This document shows, piece after piece, positions 48,126 through 58,042 of a stretch of 64,000 nt of DNA; position 1 is the stretch's first letter; each line of letters opens with the position of its first letter. Below the pieces are notes generated by a model that was not told where the DNA came from, made no database searches, and worked only from the letters and a program-made list of their open reading frames with translations. A program made the position numbers and the translations under genes. Source of the stretch: an uncultured Gammaproteobacteria bacterium (GTDB taxonomy: Bacteria > Patescibacteriota > Patescibacteriia > Magasanikbacterales > GWA2-37-8); contig CAZBWU010000001.1 in NCBI GenBank assembly GCA_964496095.1, positions 48,617-112,616 of the forward strand. The letters are read 5' to 3'.

Positions 48126-48167
48126 TCAGGAATTATTATTATTCAAATTGTTGTTTAGATTTTTCAT
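48126..48167 (-). CDS. Asn-rich leader peptide MKNLNNNLNNNNS
   Basis: 8 of 13 codons are Asn; ATG 7 nt after the -10 box; followed by attenuator and tRNA-Asn. Confidence 0.85.
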   Translation of the reverse strand: MKNLNNNLNNNNS

Positions 48168-48174
48168 AAGAGTT

Positions 48175-48203
48175 ATCATAAATCTTTTACAAACTCCTGT
48201 CAA
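48175..48203 (-). promoter_or_regulatory. sigma70-type promoter of the Asn leader / tRNA-Asn unit
   Basis: TTGACA-N17-TATGAT. Confidence 0.85.
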
Positions 48204-48232
48204 TGAGATTGGAGATTTTTTGCAATTATATT

Positions 48233-49033
48233 TTAAACTAGCAGAGAAGATAAGTTTTGAAGTATAATTCTGCCACGACCATGCTTGCCAAAATTTCCTA
48301 GCATATCTTCAGTTATATTTTGTTGGAAAAAAGGCTCAGTTTTGCCTTCGCGTATGGCCTGAATTAGACCTTGCCAATTTTCAACTTGCTGAAAAATTTT
48401 AGTACGAACAATACCAACCTGTCCATGTAAATGAAAATCTGAGCCACCGATTTTTGGTATGCCGTGTTTATCTGCAATTTCTGAGGCTATCTCATTTTTT
48501 CCATGCTGGATATTATGAGTTTGAATGGCGTCAAAAAGTTTGGAAAAATGGGTTTTATCTTTGTCTGAAAGTTCATCCACTCTATCGTAGGTCATATTTG
48601 AGCGAAGTTTGCCTCCAAATTGGCTAGGGTGGGTGGCCACGGCAATAGCGCCATGGTCATGTATCCATTTGATAACAGTTTCTGGATTTTTGAATCTTGG
48701 AATTTTATTATCTTCGCCTTTCATCAGATCTGGATCAAGCCCAAGACATAAAATATGGGGGAAGTTTAGGTTTTTATCATGGGCTGTTATTTCAACGCCT
48801 GGAACTACAATAACGCCTTCTTTGGCGGCGGCATTTAGAGCTCGGTCTAATCCACGAACAGTATCATGGTCTGTGATGGCGACGCCGTCTAGTCCAGCAT
48901 TTTTTGCATCAATAACCATTTGTTCGGGACTCATGTTCACGATATCAACTCTTCTCCAAAATTCTTTTTTATCCGTGCTAGTGCTAGCTGTATGGCCGTG
49001 AAGATCAAATCCTCCTTCTCTTGTTGGTTTCAT
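48233..49033 (-). CDS. PHP domain phosphoesterase
   Basis: DLHGHT, AITDHD, PGVEIT, HIL, THP, GGSDFH. Confidence 0.9.
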   Translation of the reverse strand: MKPTREGGFDLHGHTASTSTDKKEFWRRVDIVNMSPEQMVIDAKNAGLDGVAITDHDTVRGLDRALNAAAKEGVIVVPGVEITAHDKNLNFPHILCLGLDPDLMKGEDNKIPRFKNPETVIKWIHDHGAIAVATHPSQFGGKLRSNMTYDRVDELSDKDKTHFSKLFDAIQTHNIQHGKNEIASEIADKHGIPKIGGSDFHLHGQVGIVRTKIFQQVENWQGLIQAIREGKTEPFFQQNITEDMLGNFGKHGRGRIILQNLSSLLV

Positions 49034-49224
49034 AATTTTATGAATTTTGTTTACTTAATCTGACTTTATGATATGTTATCATGTATAAGACGTCAAATGT
49101 TATGTAACATTTTTCCCACATCCGTATTATCCTTATATATATAAATATATATACTCACTCGTTCGGAAAGAATTAAAATGTTTAATTCTTTCTCTCACTT
49201 CGTTTGTATATAACTAATTAGTTT

Positions 49225-49740
49225 ATGGAAATTCAGGAAGAACTTCGTTTGGTGCGCCGAGCCAAATCGGGCGAGCGGGAAGCTCTAGCTTTGCTTTGGG
49301 ACGATATCACCCCAAAGCTGTATGGCTATCTAATCAATCAAATGCGTCACAAAGATTTGGCTGAAGATATATGCCAGGAAACTTGGCTCAAGGCAGTGCA
49401 GGCCTTGGGAAATTTCAAAGACAGAGGTGTGAGGTTTAGCGCTTGGGTATTTGCTATCGCTCGTAATGAATGTCGTCAGCATTGGCGCGGAGGCAATAAG
49501 GAAGTTGAACTTGATGTGGATGATATTGATAAAAATAACCAACAATCACATAGCGATGACTACCTGATGATTGAAACTGCTTTTGCCCAAATGTCGGAAG
49601 AAGAAAAAGAAATTGTCAGACTGCGATATTTGGCAGAACTTTCGTTTAAAGAAATTGCCGGTGTGCTTGATATTTCGATGGTGGCGGCTCGGGTGCGTTT
49701 GCATAGAGCCTTGGCTCACGCTCGCGTTATTCTAAAATAA
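49225..49740 (+). CDS. ECF-type RNA polymerase sigma factor
   Basis: AEDICQETW, FSAWVFAIARN, LSFKEIA..L, RVRLHRA. Confidence 0.93.
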   Translation: MEIQEELRLVRRAKSGEREALALLWDDITPKLYGYLINQMRHKDLAEDICQETWLKAVQALGNFKDRGVRFSAWVFAIARNECRQHWRGGNKEVELDVDDIDKNNQQSHSDDYLMIETAFAQMSEEEKEIVRLRYLAELSFKEIAGVLDISMVAARVRLHRALAHARVILK

Positions 49741-49745
49741 ATAAT

Positions 49746-51047
49746 ATGTTTTTCAAAAATCCTTTGGATAAAAAATTTGCGCAGTGGGCGAGAGGTAAAA
49801 AAGTTTTGCCACTCAATGCTAGTGTGATGAAAGAAAAGTTTTTGAGTTCTGTAAAGAATAGTGATTTTGTAGAAGTAAAAAAAATACGTCCAGTAATGTT
49901 TAAAAAATTAGTTTTATCTTTTGGGCTTGCGGTGTTAGTTTTGCTCGTGGCTGGGGATATGACGAGAGTAATACTATTTCGTGGAAAAATGGCTGAAGAG
50001 TATGGAATTACACAAATTGGTGGGGTATCTAGGGGAGGTGGGTATGGCGTGACCATGAGTGCGCCTATTGCCGCAAATCGAGATGGGTATAATGAATCTT
50101 TTGATGCCTTGGGGCTTCAGCCGGGTAAAGCTACAGGTTTAGGGTCGAAGGATATAAGAGCACAGAGTCTTATTGGTATGGCTGCAGATAAAGCAACTTC
50201 GTTTGTGAAAGAATTTGTTCAACCGGAGTATCAACAAAATCGTTATTTTGCAACTTCAAATTCAATTAACGACACCCGTGAGTTTTCTAAGTTTACTTAT
50301 AATTCCGCGCTTAAAACTAGAGATGTTGAAGATGTAAGTACTAGAATTTTAACAACCATTCGTGGATACGGTGGGCGCGTGGATGACGCCTCTATTCAAG
50401 AAAAATATAGTTATATAAATTTTGTTGTTCCTAAAGATAATTTACTTCAATTTAAAACAGAGATCAAAGGCATGGTGGGTAAAAGGTTTTATGTAGAGAG
50501 TTTGCATATTCAAAATTTGCTTCCAGAGAAAGTTGCGATAGAGGAATCAACAGAAGTGGTAAATAAAAATTTAATTGACCTTCAAGATAAGCTGAAAGAA
50601 TTTACTGAGAAACATGGTAAAACTATCGCTGGTTTACAGCGGGATTTAGGCAGTGTAAATGGCAGGATTGCAAAATTAAACGCAGAAGTAACGTCTGACC
50701 CAGAGCGTCAAAAACAAATTAAAGTTGAAATTGCAGCCCTTGCTGCTCGTCAAGGAGTTTTGCAGCGGCAAATTATAAGTGAAAATAATAGATATAATTT
50801 TGATAAAGCAAGCATGGAACAATATATTAAAAGCACCCAGGCTAAGTTGGATAACTTAGATACACAAGAAAAAAATTTGTTGGATAATGTAGAGACCGTG
50901 CAAGGTTATGTGGCAGTACAATGGATAAGTGTTTGGCAAATGATAAATATTTATATTCCGCATTTGTGGGCTTGGGTGGTTGGGGCTATTGTTTTACTTC
51001 TTATATTTAATTACTTCAGTAAGCGGAGGACGATACAGGCTTGGTAG
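49746..51047 (+). CDS. DUF4349-like membrane protein, possible anti-sigma partner
   Basis: Coupled to the ECF gene; TM, YGGRV motif, coiled coil, C-terminal TM. Confidence 0.65.
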   Translation: MFFKNPLDKKFAQWARGKKVLPLNASVMKEKFLSSVKNSDFVEVKKIRPVMFKKLVLSFGLAVLVLLVAGDMTRVILFRGKMAEEYGITQIGGVSRGGGYGVTMSAPIAANRDGYNESFDALGLQPGKATGLGSKDIRAQSLIGMAADKATSFVKEFVQPEYQQNRYFATSNSINDTREFSKFTYNSALKTRDVEDVSTRILTTIRGYGGRVDDASIQEKYSYINFVVPKDNLLQFKTEIKGMVGKRFYVESLHIQNLLPEKVAIEESTEVVNKNLIDLQDKLKEFTEKHGKTIAGLQRDLGSVNGRIAKLNAEVTSDPERQKQIKVEIAALAARQGVLQRQIISENNRYNFDKASMEQYIKSTQAKLDNLDTQEKNLLDNVETVQGYVAVQWISVWQMINIYIPHLWAWVVGAIVLLLIFNYFSKRRTIQAW

Positions 51048-51482
51048 TTTAATCCACCTTTTGTAACCAAAAGCTGGAGGGAAAAGTTTCCGAGACAGAT
51101 GAAACAGATAAGATAGTTTGGGATTCGCCGTCACTCTGGTTGTGAACTCAACCACCTTTCTATAAAAGGTGGTCTCAAACAGCACAACCAGTCCCAGTAA
51201 GCCGTAAAAGCGGCTTACTGGCGACCGTTCCGTCTCATCTCCAAATTATAAACTTACTGTTTCATACGCTCGGACAGACAACCGCCGTTGTCCGTGCGAG
51301 CCTTGAAATTACGAGGCAAGCAGACAGAGACGAGCTGGAGCGGTTCTTCAAAAGAATCCGCCCTGCTGTTTGAGTCCGCCCGAGGCGGATGAGTTCAGGG
51401 CGGAAGTGAGGGTGAGGCCTGTCTGGCTCCGAGTAATTTCACTAGCTCGCGCTTCTTGTTTACTTCTTGTAAAGAAGTAAAG
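51048..51482. repeat. Large structured intergenic element, copy B (inverted relative to copy A)
   Basis: 51289-51457 is a close reverse complement of 26782-26942; shares an identical 27-mer with 26718-26744. Confidence 0.85.
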
Positions 51483-51551
51483 TAAGATGTTTGCCAAGAA
51501 TAAAAACAAATGCTAGAATTGGTAAAGATTTTACTAATATATTAGGTTTAT

Positions 51552-52787
51552 ATGCGTTATTCTCAGATGTTTGGAAAAACGACCAAGAGTGCCCAGGCTG
51601 ATGCCGACAGTGCCAATGCCAAGTTTCTTACTCAGGGCGGTTTTGTTGATCAAGAAATGGCTGGTGTCTACACCTGGTTACCTTTGGGTTTGCATGTACT
51701 TCGTAAAGTAGAGCAGATCGTGCGTGAAGAGATGAATGCGCTGGGAGCATTGGAAATCTTTATGCCAAGCTTGCAGCCAAAAGAATATTGGGAGAAAACC
51801 AAACGCTGGGAAGGTGTAGATATACTTTTTAAATTGAAGTCACAAACTGACAAGGATTATGCGCTGGGTTGTACTCATGAAGAAGTGGTGACACCACTTG
51901 TGCAGAAGTTTATTCAATCATACAAAGAACTACCTTTGGCTGTTTATCAGATTAATACCAAATTTCGCGATGAGTTGCGAGCCAAGTCCGGTGTTTTGCG
52001 CGGGCGTGAATTTCGTATGAAAGACATGTATAGTTTTCATACTTCTCAAGAAGATTTAGAAAAATTTTATCATCGCGCTTTGCAAGCCTATGTAAAAGTT
52101 TTTTCTCGCTGTGGAATGAATGTCAAAGTGGTGCAGGCAAGTGGTGGTATTTTTACTTCCAATATCAGTCATGAATTTCAAGCTATCACACCAGCCGGTG
52201 AAGATAATTTGATTGCCTGTGAAGTTTGTTCTTTTGGACAAAATGTTGAGATTGCAACTGTCAAAGAAGGTGAAGCCTGCCCAGAGTGTAGTGGCAAACT
52301 TATTAAAACCAAAGGTATTGAGGTGGGAAATATTTTTGATTTAGGAACTAAATATACAGACGCTTTTGAGTTTGATGTAAATAATGCTGAAGGAAAAGTA
52401 CAGCGTGTTTTAATGGGTTGTTATGGTATTGGTACTTCGAGACTGGTGGGAGCGATTGTAGAAACTTTCCATGATGACAAGGGTATTATTTGGCCAGAGT
52501 CTGTAGCTCCATACAAAGTCCATTTAGTTTCTTTAGGTAATGATGAAGCTGTAAAACAAGAAGCCGAAAAATTATATAATGAATTATTATCTAAAGGCAT
52601 TGAAGTTTTATTTGATGACCGCGATGCTTCGGCTGGCGCCAAGTTGGCTGATGCAGATTTGATTGGCGTGCCTTGGAGAGTAGTTGTTTCCAAAAAAACT
52701 TTGGCTGAAGGTAGTGTGGAATTAAAAGAGAGAAATAAAAGCGAAGCGGAGATGGTGAAGTTGAGTGAAATTTTAAACAAGATTTAA
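51552..52787 (+). CDS. proS: Prolyl-tRNA synthetase, short form without the INS editing domain
   Basis: GVYTWLPLG, THEE, KFRDELR, REFRMKDMYSF, IEVGNIF, MGCYGIG, DADLIG. Confidence 0.97.
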   Translation: MRYSQMFGKTTKSAQADADSANAKFLTQGGFVDQEMAGVYTWLPLGLHVLRKVEQIVREEMNALGALEIFMPSLQPKEYWEKTKRWEGVDILFKLKSQTDKDYALGCTHEEVVTPLVQKFIQSYKELPLAVYQINTKFRDELRAKSGVLRGREFRMKDMYSFHTSQEDLEKFYHRALQAYVKVFSRCGMNVKVVQASGGIFTSNISHEFQAITPAGEDNLIACEVCSFGQNVEIATVKEGEACPECSGKLIKTKGIEVGNIFDLGTKYTDAFEFDVNNAEGKVQRVLMGCYGIGTSRLVGAIVETFHDDKGIIWPESVAPYKVHLVSLGNDEAVKQEAEKLYNELLSKGIEVLFDDRDASAGAKLADADLIGVPWRVVVSKKTLAEGSVELKERNKSEAEMVKLSEILNKI

Positions 52788-52791
52788 ACAA

Positions 52792-52823
52792 TTAAAAAAC
52801 CTCCCAATAGGGAGGTTTTTTAA
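52792..52823. terminator. Bidirectional intrinsic terminator
   Basis: TTAAAAAACCTCCC-AATA-GGGAGGTTTTTTAA. Confidence 0.9.
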
Positions 52824-52841
52824 TTTAGTTAAGTGTGATTT

Positions 52842-53249
52842 TTATAAATCCTCATCTTTTCTGCGAACGATTCTCCAGTGAATAAAGAAGAGAGGGATAG
52901 CTACAACCATCATAGAAATATCACGCACGATATTCATTTGTCTTTGGGCTATTCTATTTTGTTCCTCATTTTTTTGGTTCATTGTTTCTTGCGCTTCGCA
53001 ATCCTTGACTCTCTGAGCTTTTATTTCTGGATCAGAAATTTCTACTCCTTTTTCATTATAATATGGCATTGTAGGACAAGGAGCTCGGTAAGTGTAAGTG
53101 TCTGCTTTGGTAAATACCCAAGTTTTGAGAGCGATGTTTATCATATCCGCTCCGGACCAGACCACCATCATGAGTGCGACAAACGAAACTAGGTAGAAGT
53201 AGATACTTTTGATAGTTTTACCTTTTGAGTTTGCGGGTTGGTTGTCCAT
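52842..53249 (-). CDS. DUF5671-like membrane protein
   Basis: IKSIYFYLVSFVAL...PLFFIHW pattern. Confidence 0.7.
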   Translation of the reverse strand: MDNQPANSKGKTIKSIYFYLVSFVALMMVVWSGADMINIALKTWVFTKADTYTYRAPCPTMPYYNEKGVEISDPEIKAQRVKDCEAQETMNQKNEEQNRIAQRQMNIVRDISMMVVAIPLFFIHWRIVRRKDEDL

Positions 53250-53264
53250 ACTTTTTTATAATTA

Positions 53265-54392
53265 TTAAATTAATCCCATTTTCTTTTTTACTTCTTCTAT
53301 TTTTTGTTTAGCTACCGCCTTGGCTTTTTCGGCGCCATTTTCCAAAATATTTCTTACCTTATCATCATCGAGCGCATTGAATTTATTTTGGAAGTCAGTG
53401 GTAAAATCTGTGACAACTTTGGTTAATCCTTTTTTGAAATCAGCGTAACCTTTGCCTGAATATTCTTTTTCTATTGTTTTGATAGGTTGGTTTGAGAGGA
53501 GAGAATAGATAGTAAGTAGGTTGGTCAGGGCTGGTCTATCAGCGCCAGATTCTATGGTGATACCGGAGTCTGTCACCGCACGACTGATTTTTTTGGCTAT
53601 TACTTCTGGAGGGTCAAGTAGGGCGATATAGCTGTTGGCGCTGGTAGCGCTCTTGCTCATTTTTTTGGTTGGGTCGTCTAGTCCCATAATGCGTGCGCCT
53701 TCTTTTTGGATGAGTGGTTCTGGCTCGATAAATGTTTTGCCGTAGAGCGAATTAAATCTTGCGGCCAAATCACGAGTCAGTTCTACATGTTGTTTTTGGT
53801 CGTCGCCGACAGGGACAACTTGAGTACTATATAGTAGGATGTCTGCGGCCATTAGAACTGGGTAAGTAAATAAGCCGACGCTAGCACTTTCACGATTTTG
53901 TTTATGTTTTAAATCTACTTTTTTTATTAAAAAGTTTAACTTCTCGTCTTCATTGTCGATTTTCTTTAATGTTTCTAATTCTTCCTGACTAAATTCTTTT
54001 GGACTATTTATAAGCAAAAAAGTTAATTTTAATCTGTCATCATAAGATATTCCTGCCTTATCTTTGAACTGTGTCATGCGTTCCAGTTCACCCATTTTAG
54101 CAATAGTATTGAGTAGCCATCCCAGCTCTACGTGTTCCTTAACATGTGATTGAACAAAAATAGTAGACTTGTCTGGGTCAATGCCGAGTGCCAAATACGT
54201 TTTGGCAACATTTAATACATTTTGGCGGAGTTCTTTTGGGTCTTGTTTGACAGTAATAGCGTGAAGATCGACAACGCAATAAAAAGTCTCGTGGGAATTT
54301 TGTAGTTCTACCCAGTTTTTCATAGCTCCTAGGTAGTTGCCTAGGTGCAGATTATTAGTTGGTTGTACACCGGAGAAGGCTCGTTTCAACAT
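53265..54392 (-). CDS. trpS: Tryptophanyl-tRNA synthetase with ~50-aa insertion
   Basis: SGVQPT, HLGNYLG, VDLHAIT, YPVLMAADIL, VPVGDDQKQH, KMSKS. Confidence 0.97.
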   Translation of the reverse strand: MLKRAFSGVQPTNNLHLGNYLGAMKNWVELQNSHETFYCVVDLHAITVKQDPKELRQNVLNVAKTYLALGIDPDKSTIFVQSHVKEHVELGWLLNTIAKMGELERMTQFKDKAGISYDDRLKLTFLLINSPKEFSQEELETLKKIDNEDEKLNFLIKKVDLKHKQNRESASVGLFTYPVLMAADILLYSTQVVPVGDDQKQHVELTRDLAARFNSLYGKTFIEPEPLIQKEGARIMGLDDPTKKMSKSATSANSYIALLDPPEVIAKKISRAVTDSGITIESGADRPALTNLLTIYSLLSNQPIKTIEKEYSGKGYADFKKGLTKVVTDFTTDFQNKFNALDDDKVRNILENGAEKAKAVAKQKIEEVKKKMGLI

Positions 54393-54403
54393 ATATTACA
54401 AGT

Positions 54404-54901
54404 TTAATCTGGGTAATAACCCCATTTTTTATGCTCAGAATTATAGAAATGAGAGGTGCTTTCTGCACCTACATAGTATAGTACTTTGAAAGCTTGGTCA
54501 GACTCTTTGTGATAGGAAAAATGTTTTTGTAGTTTTGGAAAGGAAAAAGTGTAAGCGGACAAATCATTAGGGAAATTTCCTGTTGCAACCTTCTGTTCAT
54601 ATGCGAATGCGATGATATTTGCCGCTTCTTCTTTTAGGTACAGTAATTTAAATTCTAGGTACAGTTGAGTGGGAATGAGTATGAGGGCAATAAGTAAAAG
54701 TAGGCCTAAGGCAATTTCTTTTTGTTTTTTAACTATCAACAGAGTGAGGGGGATAATGTTAAGCGCGACCAACCATAATAACCCGGCGGAGGCAACTTCC
54801 CCCACTGTTTCAAAGGCCAGTTTTGCGCAAAAAAATTCTAAGACAATTAATAAAAAGACCGATATAAATAAGAAGACCTGGCTGATTATATTTTTGGACA
54901 T
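54404..54901 (-). CDS. Hypothetical membrane protein
   Basis: 3 TMs plus soluble C-terminus. Confidence 0.7.
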   Translation of the reverse strand: MSKNIISQVFLFISVFLLIVLEFFCAKLAFETVGEVASAGLLWLVALNIIPLTLLIVKKQKEIALGLLLLIALILIPTQLYLEFKLLYLKEEAANIIAFAYEQKVATGNFPNDLSAYTFSFPKLQKHFSYHKESDQAFKVLYYVGAESTSHFYNSEHKKWGYYPD

Positions 54902-54960
54902 ATCTTTACCTTAAGACGTTGATAGTATAAGTGTACCTAATAAAGCCGGGCTTGTAAATA

Positions 54961-55440
54961 TTAATAATGATAATTTCGGCCATTATTTATAGTCATAGCC
55001 CGATAGATTTGTTCCCACAAAAACACCCGCGCCATTTGGTGGGTAAATGTCATTGAAGATAAAGAAAGTTTTAGGTTTGCAAGTTTGAGAACTGATTCGT
55101 CCAGCCCAAGAGGTCCGCCGATAATAAAAGTAAAACTGTTAAATTGTTGATTGGATAATTGGTTAAGTTGCGTGGCGAATTGGGTAGAAGAAAAACTTTT
55201 GCCGTGTTCGTCTAGTACGATGACGAAGTTATCTTTTATTTTATTAAGAGTAGTGATAATTTTTTCTGCCTCTTTTTGCTTTATGCTTTCCGGCTTGTCT
55301 TTGTCAGAAAAAGATTCTTCTCGTAGTTCGTAAATATTAACTTTTGCCCAAGTTTGGAGACGTTTAAGATATTCAGCTTCCGCTTCTTGCCAAAATTTTT
55401 CTTTGAGTTTTCCTAGTACTATTAGGTTTAGGTGTAGCAT
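54961..55440 (-). CDS. rlmH: 23S rRNA m3Psi1915 methyltransferase
   Basis: GKLKE, EYLKRL, LDEHG, FIIGGPLGL, TFTHQMAR, EQIYRA, YH. Confidence 0.96.
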   Translation of the reverse strand: MLHLNLIVLGKLKEKFWQEAEAEYLKRLQTWAKVNIYELREESFSDKDKPESIKQKEAEKIITTLNKIKDNFVIVLDEHGKSFSSTQFATQLNQLSNQQFNSFTFIIGGPLGLDESVLKLANLKLSLSSMTFTHQMARVFLWEQIYRAMTINNGRNYHY

Positions 55441-55564
55441 GAAAAATAGCTAATTACTTACAAAATATAGCATATTTTTTGAAATTTAGTCAAAAATTTA
55501 CATTGACAAAAGGGCATTTTTATGGTAAACTTTAGTAAGTTATAGTTTAGTCTTAATATAAAAT

Positions 55565-55927
55565 ATGACGGAAAAATCACGAGGAAACGAGCGTAATAGG
55601 GAAAGGTGGAGATTGTACGATCAAGGCTATGCAAATGCTTATGCTGATCCCGAATGTCGTGCAACTTTAGGTTATCTTAAAAGGTTAGCTCCTGACTACA
55701 GCAGTAAAGGTGACAGATTTAGAGTAAAAGGAGCAGAGGGTGATTTGAAGGGAGTATACGTGCAAATTTTATCTATTAATGAGGCTGATAATACTGTAAC
55801 TATTGATGTTGGAAAGTTAGGAGTTGAACGTACGGTGCCGATTTCATATTTACTTGATGATGAAAAGGCTGAGGTGTATATAGAAAAATCTGGCGCATTG
55901 GATGTTCCGTTCGGTGATGAAAAGTAA
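55565..55927 (+). CDS. Hypothetical protein with KOW/SH3-like segment
   Basis: GDRFRVKG..GDLKG..VQILSINEADNTVTIDV; upstream TTGACA-N17-TAAACT. Confidence 0.65.
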   Translation: MTEKSRGNERNRERWRLYDQGYANAYADPECRATLGYLKRLAPDYSSKGDRFRVKGAEGDLKGVYVQILSINEADNTVTIDVGKLGVERTVPISYLLDDEKAEVYIEKSGALDVPFGDEK

Positions 55928-55951
55928 TTTTAACATTTTAAGTAAAAAAAT

Positions 55952-56131
55952 ATGTCAGAACGAAGTCTCACAGCCCGTTTGTTAGAAGTAGTTCAGGGGT
56001 ACAAAAGTGTATTAAGAAATAATAAGCTGTCAGAACAAGAGCTAGGAGGTAGTAAAGGACCGGATGTGCAGGATACTAATCAAGGAAAACCTAACTCTGA
56101 AGATGAGGTAAATCTGAGAACAGAGAAATGA
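55952..56131 (+). CDS. 59-aa hypothetical protein MSERSLTARLLEVV... (not in ORF track)
   Basis: Open frame after an A-rich leader, filling the gap before tgt. Confidence 0.5.
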   Translation: MSERSLTARLLEVVQGYKSVLRNNKLSEQELGGSKGPDVQDTNQGKPNSEDEVNLRTEK

Positions 56132-56176
56132 AGTAATAAAATACATTCATTGAGATTTTTAAGATAATGTATTTTG

Positions 56177-57397
<1,221 letters not shown>

Positions 57398-57463
57398 TCA
57401 ACCCTATGGCCTCAAGAGAAAAGATGTGGTAGTATTTATGTGATAAATTTTAAACTGAATTGT

Positions 57464-58003
57464 ATGCCGGGTGATAAAGGGTCTAGGGAAAAGCCACCAG
57501 CAGGAGATATTGTTATTGCGGACGCAGAATATGAACGTAGGGTAGCTGAGGTAAGGAGAAGTGATCCGCGCTTAGGCCTTTCTGGTCTAAGTGGTAAAAA
57601 AAGTCCAGACGCTCCCCAAGACAATCAACAAAAAGGTTTAAGAGTGGGTGATCAATTGCGTCCTAAGGCTTCTCCTGTTACTGAATCTCCTCGACCAGCT
57701 ACAAAACCAGCAAAGCCTAGTTATGGTACTGTAAAAGAGGCGCACATAGATTCTGGCAAACCTACCCAGGACTCCATAAAAGAAACTGAAAGAGGTAGAG
57801 TTAAAGAAGTTATAAGAACTTTTTTAGCTGATTTTATAGTTAGAATTAATTTTAAATTAGATTTTGCTGACAAAGATGGTCAGTATTTGTTAACTTTATA
57901 TCGTCAAGACAACACTGGCAAAGATAATCCAGAACCTTTTGAAGGAACTGAAAATGGTATTATGTATAAACTTCGTGCTTATATGGAAGCTGAAAAATTT
58001 TAG
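57464..58003 (+). CDS. Hypothetical protein with disordered N-terminus
   Basis: 179-aa ORF upstream of carA. Confidence 0.6.
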   Translation: MPGDKGSREKPPAGDIVIADAEYERRVAEVRRSDPRLGLSGLSGKKSPDAPQDNQQKGLRVGDQLRPKASPVTESPRPATKPAKPSYGTVKEAHIDSGKPTQDSIKETERGRVKEVIRTFLADFIVRINFKLDFADKDGQYLLTLYRQDNTGKDNPEPFEGTENGIMYKLRAYMEAEKF

Positions 58004-58042
58004 AAGAAACCAATTGAATAACATTTATTTCCAATTTCATCT

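Noticed and set aside
49103-49130. ECF autoregulatory promoter TGTAAC-N14-CGTA
   Set aside because: Suggestive, but the spacer is shorter than the usual ~16 nt; not supportable without comparative data.
53890-54056. Intein or intron in trpS
   Set aside because: Too short, no C/S...HN splice motifs, and the frame is uninterrupted.
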